Assembly: GCA_963710755.1 (NCBI GenBank)
Contig: CAVQBK010000013.1
Location: forward strand, 256,001-320,000
Direction of reading: 5' to 3'
Length of the DNA: 64,000 nucleotides
Origin: an uncultured bacterium
GTDB taxonomy: Bacteria > Oederibacteriota > JAAXVQ01 > JAUVAV01
Shown: positions 61,725-64,000 of the stretch, piece after piece
Layout: each line of letters starts with the position of its first letter
How positions within the stretch are numbered: position 1 is the first letter of the stretch
The notes under the pieces: generated by a model
Databases searched by the model: none
Seen by the model: the letters and a program-made list of their open reading frames with translations, nothing else
What the model was told of the DNA's origin: nothing
Made by a program: the position numbers and the translations under genes

Positions 61725-63461
61725 CTATTTATGCTGAATCACATCCACGATTTTGCCGCCGAATAATTCCAGCGTTTTTTGCACCAGCGGTTCCTTGCCG
61801 GCAATCTCCTCAAATTCTTTCTCCCGTTGCGCTTGCTCGTCAACCCCTGAGCCGGCCTGGCCGGAGCCCTGCTCACCTACGCTGAGTCTAAGCCGCGTAG
61901 GCCGCTGCAAGTACTTTTCCAGGACCGCTTCGATAATTTTTTTGGAGTCTTCTTTATCCAAGCCGGTTTTATGATATTCCGACGCGCAGGCCAACTCCAC
62001 CCAACCTTCTTCTGCATGGGCTACCGTCACATCCCTTAACAAGGCCTGAGTCCTGCGATTCTCCTGCCCGACTGCCTCCAAGATGTCCGGCCAAGTCTGT
62101 TTTACCACATCCACATAACTTTCCGGTTCCGCTTCTTCCAGCATGTCCGCCACCAGTGCCGGCTGTCCGGGCTCTTCCTGGGGCGAAGCTGCAGGATTTG
62201 AAAGGACGGGATCAACAGGACCTTTTTTTTCCGCTGCCGGTACAACGGCCGCGCTTGGGGATTGGGCCGAAGTTTGACCACTGGCGCTGGGCAGGGCGAT
62301 GTCGGGCATGGCCATTAGTTGTTTTTCCAAGGTGGTAATTTGAGTCCAGACCGATTCCAAAGAAACGACCCGCTGAGCCTGGCAGGCTTGGATCAAAAAT
62401 AATTCCAGCAGCACCCGTGGGTGCTGGCTGCGGCGAAGCTCATCATCAGTGGCAGCAGCCAACTTGGACAAAGCGGTCAGCTCTTCCAGGCCAAACAAGG
62501 CGCTCTGGCGTTGTATGGCTTCCATGACCGCAGCGGTCTGACTCAACATTTCCCGGGCCCGATCTCCCAGGACTTTATGCATTACCAGCGTCCGCCAATA
62601 TTCCACCCAATCCTTCATGAACAGGCGCAGATCAGCTCCCTGATTGGACAGCTGTTCAATGACTTCCAGAGCGTGATCAGGCTGATGTTTGCTGATGGCC
62701 TCTACCAGGTCCACAAAGACCTGCGTATCCACCAGGCCCAGCACCGCCACGACGTCCTGCGGGGTCACCTCCTGCCCGCTGAAACTGATGATCTGATCCA
62801 GCAGGCTTTGGGCATCGCGCAGACTGCCGTCAGCGCCGCGGGCAATAATATGCAGGGCTTCTTCATCGACCTTGATACTTTCCCGGGCTGCCATCAGAGC
62901 CAACCGTTCCGTAATCTGCTTGACCGGAATGCGGCGAAAATCAAACCGCTGGCAGCGGCTGACAATGGTGGCCGGTACTTTATGGGACTCGGTGGTGGCC
63001 AAAATAAAAATACTGTGAGCCGGCGGTTCTTCCAGGGTTTTAAGCAGAGCGTTAAAGGCGGCGTTGCTCATCATGTGTACTTCATCAATAATCATGACCT
63101 TATACCTGCAGGAAAGCGGCGCATAGCGTACTTTTTCCCGTAATTCCCGCGCATCATCCACCAAGCCGTTGGAGGCGGCATCGATCTCGATCACATCGGT
63201 GGTGGCACCACTGACGATTTCCTCGCAACGCACGCAATGATTGCACGGTTCACCATCCACCGGAGACAGACAATTAACAGCTTTGGCCAACAGCCGCGCT
63301 GTGGTGGTTTTCCCCACCCCCCGGGGGCCGGTGAATAAATAAGCATGGGAAATCCGGTTGGCCTGGAGCGCGTTTTTCAAGGTGCGTACAATATGTTCCT
63401 GGCCTACCATATCCTCAAAATTTTGCGGCCGCCACTTCCGGGCCATGACTACATATGACAT
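61725..63461 (-). CDS. dnaX: DNA polymerase III subunit tau/gamma
   Basis: ARKWRPQ.F, GPRGVGKTT, EIDAAS, IDEVHM, LLKTLEEPP, SRC, GSLRDA. Confidence 0.98.
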   Translation of the reverse strand: MSYVVMARKWRPQNFEDMVGQEHIVRTLKNALQANRISHAYLFTGPRGVGKTTTARLLAKAVNCLSPVDGEPCNHCVRCEEIVSGATTDVIEIDAASNGLVDDARELREKVRYAPLSCRYKVMIIDEVHMMSNAAFNALLKTLEEPPAHSIFILATTESHKVPATIVSRCQRFDFRRIPVKQITERLALMAARESIKVDEEALHIIARGADGSLRDAQSLLDQIISFSGQEVTPQDVVAVLGLVDTQVFVDLVEAISKHQPDHALEVIEQLSNQGADLRLFMKDWVEYWRTLVMHKVLGDRAREMLSQTAAVMEAIQRQSALFGLEELTALSKLAAATDDELRRSQHPRVLLELFLIQACQAQRVVSLESVWTQITTLEKQLMAMPDIALPSASGQTSAQSPSAAVVPAAEKKGPVDPVLSNPAASPQEEPGQPALVADMLEEAEPESYVDVVKQTWPDILEAVGQENRRTQALLRDVTVAHAEEGWVELACASEYHKTGLDKEDSKKIIEAVLEKYLQRPTRLRLSVGEQGSGQAGSGVDEQAQREKEFEEIAGKEPLVQKTLELFGGKIVDVIQHK

Positions 63462-63670
63462 CGATACTACCCCTTTGGTCCCTTTTTCTGCAGCCTATGA
63501 ATGGCTGTTCCCATCCCTGAAAGCAGACAGGGGCACTATTCTACTATGCTGATCCTGGCTTCGTCAACCTGTAGCCTGTGCTGTATTTGGCCGGGCCGTA
63601 TTATTCTATGTTTCCAGAAACTGCGTTTTTTATGTATATAAAGCACTTAATCTCCAACCCTTGTGGAGGT

Positions 63671-63693
63671 GGGCGCAACATCCGTGCCCCTAC
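63671..63693. repeat. REP-like GTAG palindrome
   Basis: Minus strand GTAGGGGCACGGATGTTGCGCCC. Confidence 0.6.
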
Positions 63694-63825
63694 AATTAAA
63701 GAAGACCACTGAAAGGACATCCCATATTCAATTCTTTAACTTTGCAACCTTTGCAGCTGTTTGTGCCGAGCAGGGGTAGGCCTGAGAAATGGTATTTATT
63801 TCCGTCGGACCGGAAAGGTAAGAAA

Positions 63826-63999
63826 TTATTTTTTAACCTTAAGGACATGCTCATAAACCTTGATGGTTTGGTGAGCCGCTGTCTCCCAGGAAAATTTTTT
63901 AGCCTGTAAATAGCCGGCAATTGCCAAGCGGTGGGCTTCATTGGGGTCGACCAGAACGTCCAGCAAGCCCGCGGCTATGCTTTGGGGATCGTCGGGATC
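63826..63999 (-). CDS. C-terminal end of a GT4 glycosyltransferase (enters from the right edge)
   Basis: Own translation DPDDPQSIAAGL...AG..QAKKFSWETAA.QT..VYE*, the typical GT-B C-terminus. Confidence 0.8.
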   Translation of the reverse strand, partial: DPDDPQSIAAGLLDVLVDPNEAHRLAIAGYLQAKKFSWETAAHQTIKVYEHVLKVKK

Positions 64000-64000
64000 G

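Noticed and set aside
33804-63143. Long antisense or alternative-frame ORFs (e.g. 33804-34526, 45893-46543, 62421-63143)
   Set aside because: They are shadows of well-supported genes on the opposite strand and carry no domain motifs.
63696-63941. 81-aa ORF in the track
   Set aside because: An overlapping frame encodes a recognisable GT4 C-terminus ending at 63826.

Overview
Core-genome-like window from an anaerobic, probably diderm bacterium (lgt, an outer-membrane porin and a PorV-like barrel are present). Left to right it carries: the N-terminus of a secreted protein running off the left edge; a sigma54-type hsp20; an Rrf2-ferredoxin-hcp operon; a large hybrid histidine kinase; crcB/DUF190; a PAS-GGDEF-EAL protein; miaA; a GT4 enzyme; feoB with a DtxR-FeoA regulator; a complete 14-gene mbhA-N membrane-bound [NiFe]-hydrogenase operon in Thermococcales order, plus its maturation protease; ahcY, lgt, xth and an ABC-F ATPase; a phoB-phoR-porin-phoU locus without pstSCAB; two HDOD proteins and a PilZ protein; a four-subunit 2-oxoacid:ferredoxin oxidoreductase; an MCP; dnaX-ybaB-recR; and a partial GT4 at the right edge. 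The best candidate for an undescribed system is a tightly coupled operon at 46969-55425: a repeat-rich surface protein with a T9SS-like C-terminal domain, a PorV-like barrel with a TPR tail, a TPR/TM/HEAT inner-membrane protein and a receiver protein, which together look like a trans-envelope display and signalling relay. Non-coding signals include several GTAG-type palindromic repeats, a shared post-stop trailer, 11-bp-periodic Pho-box candidates and a possible dnaX -1 frameshift site. I saw no rRNA, tRNA, CRISPR array or transposase. All calls come from motif recognition by eye; no database searches were run.
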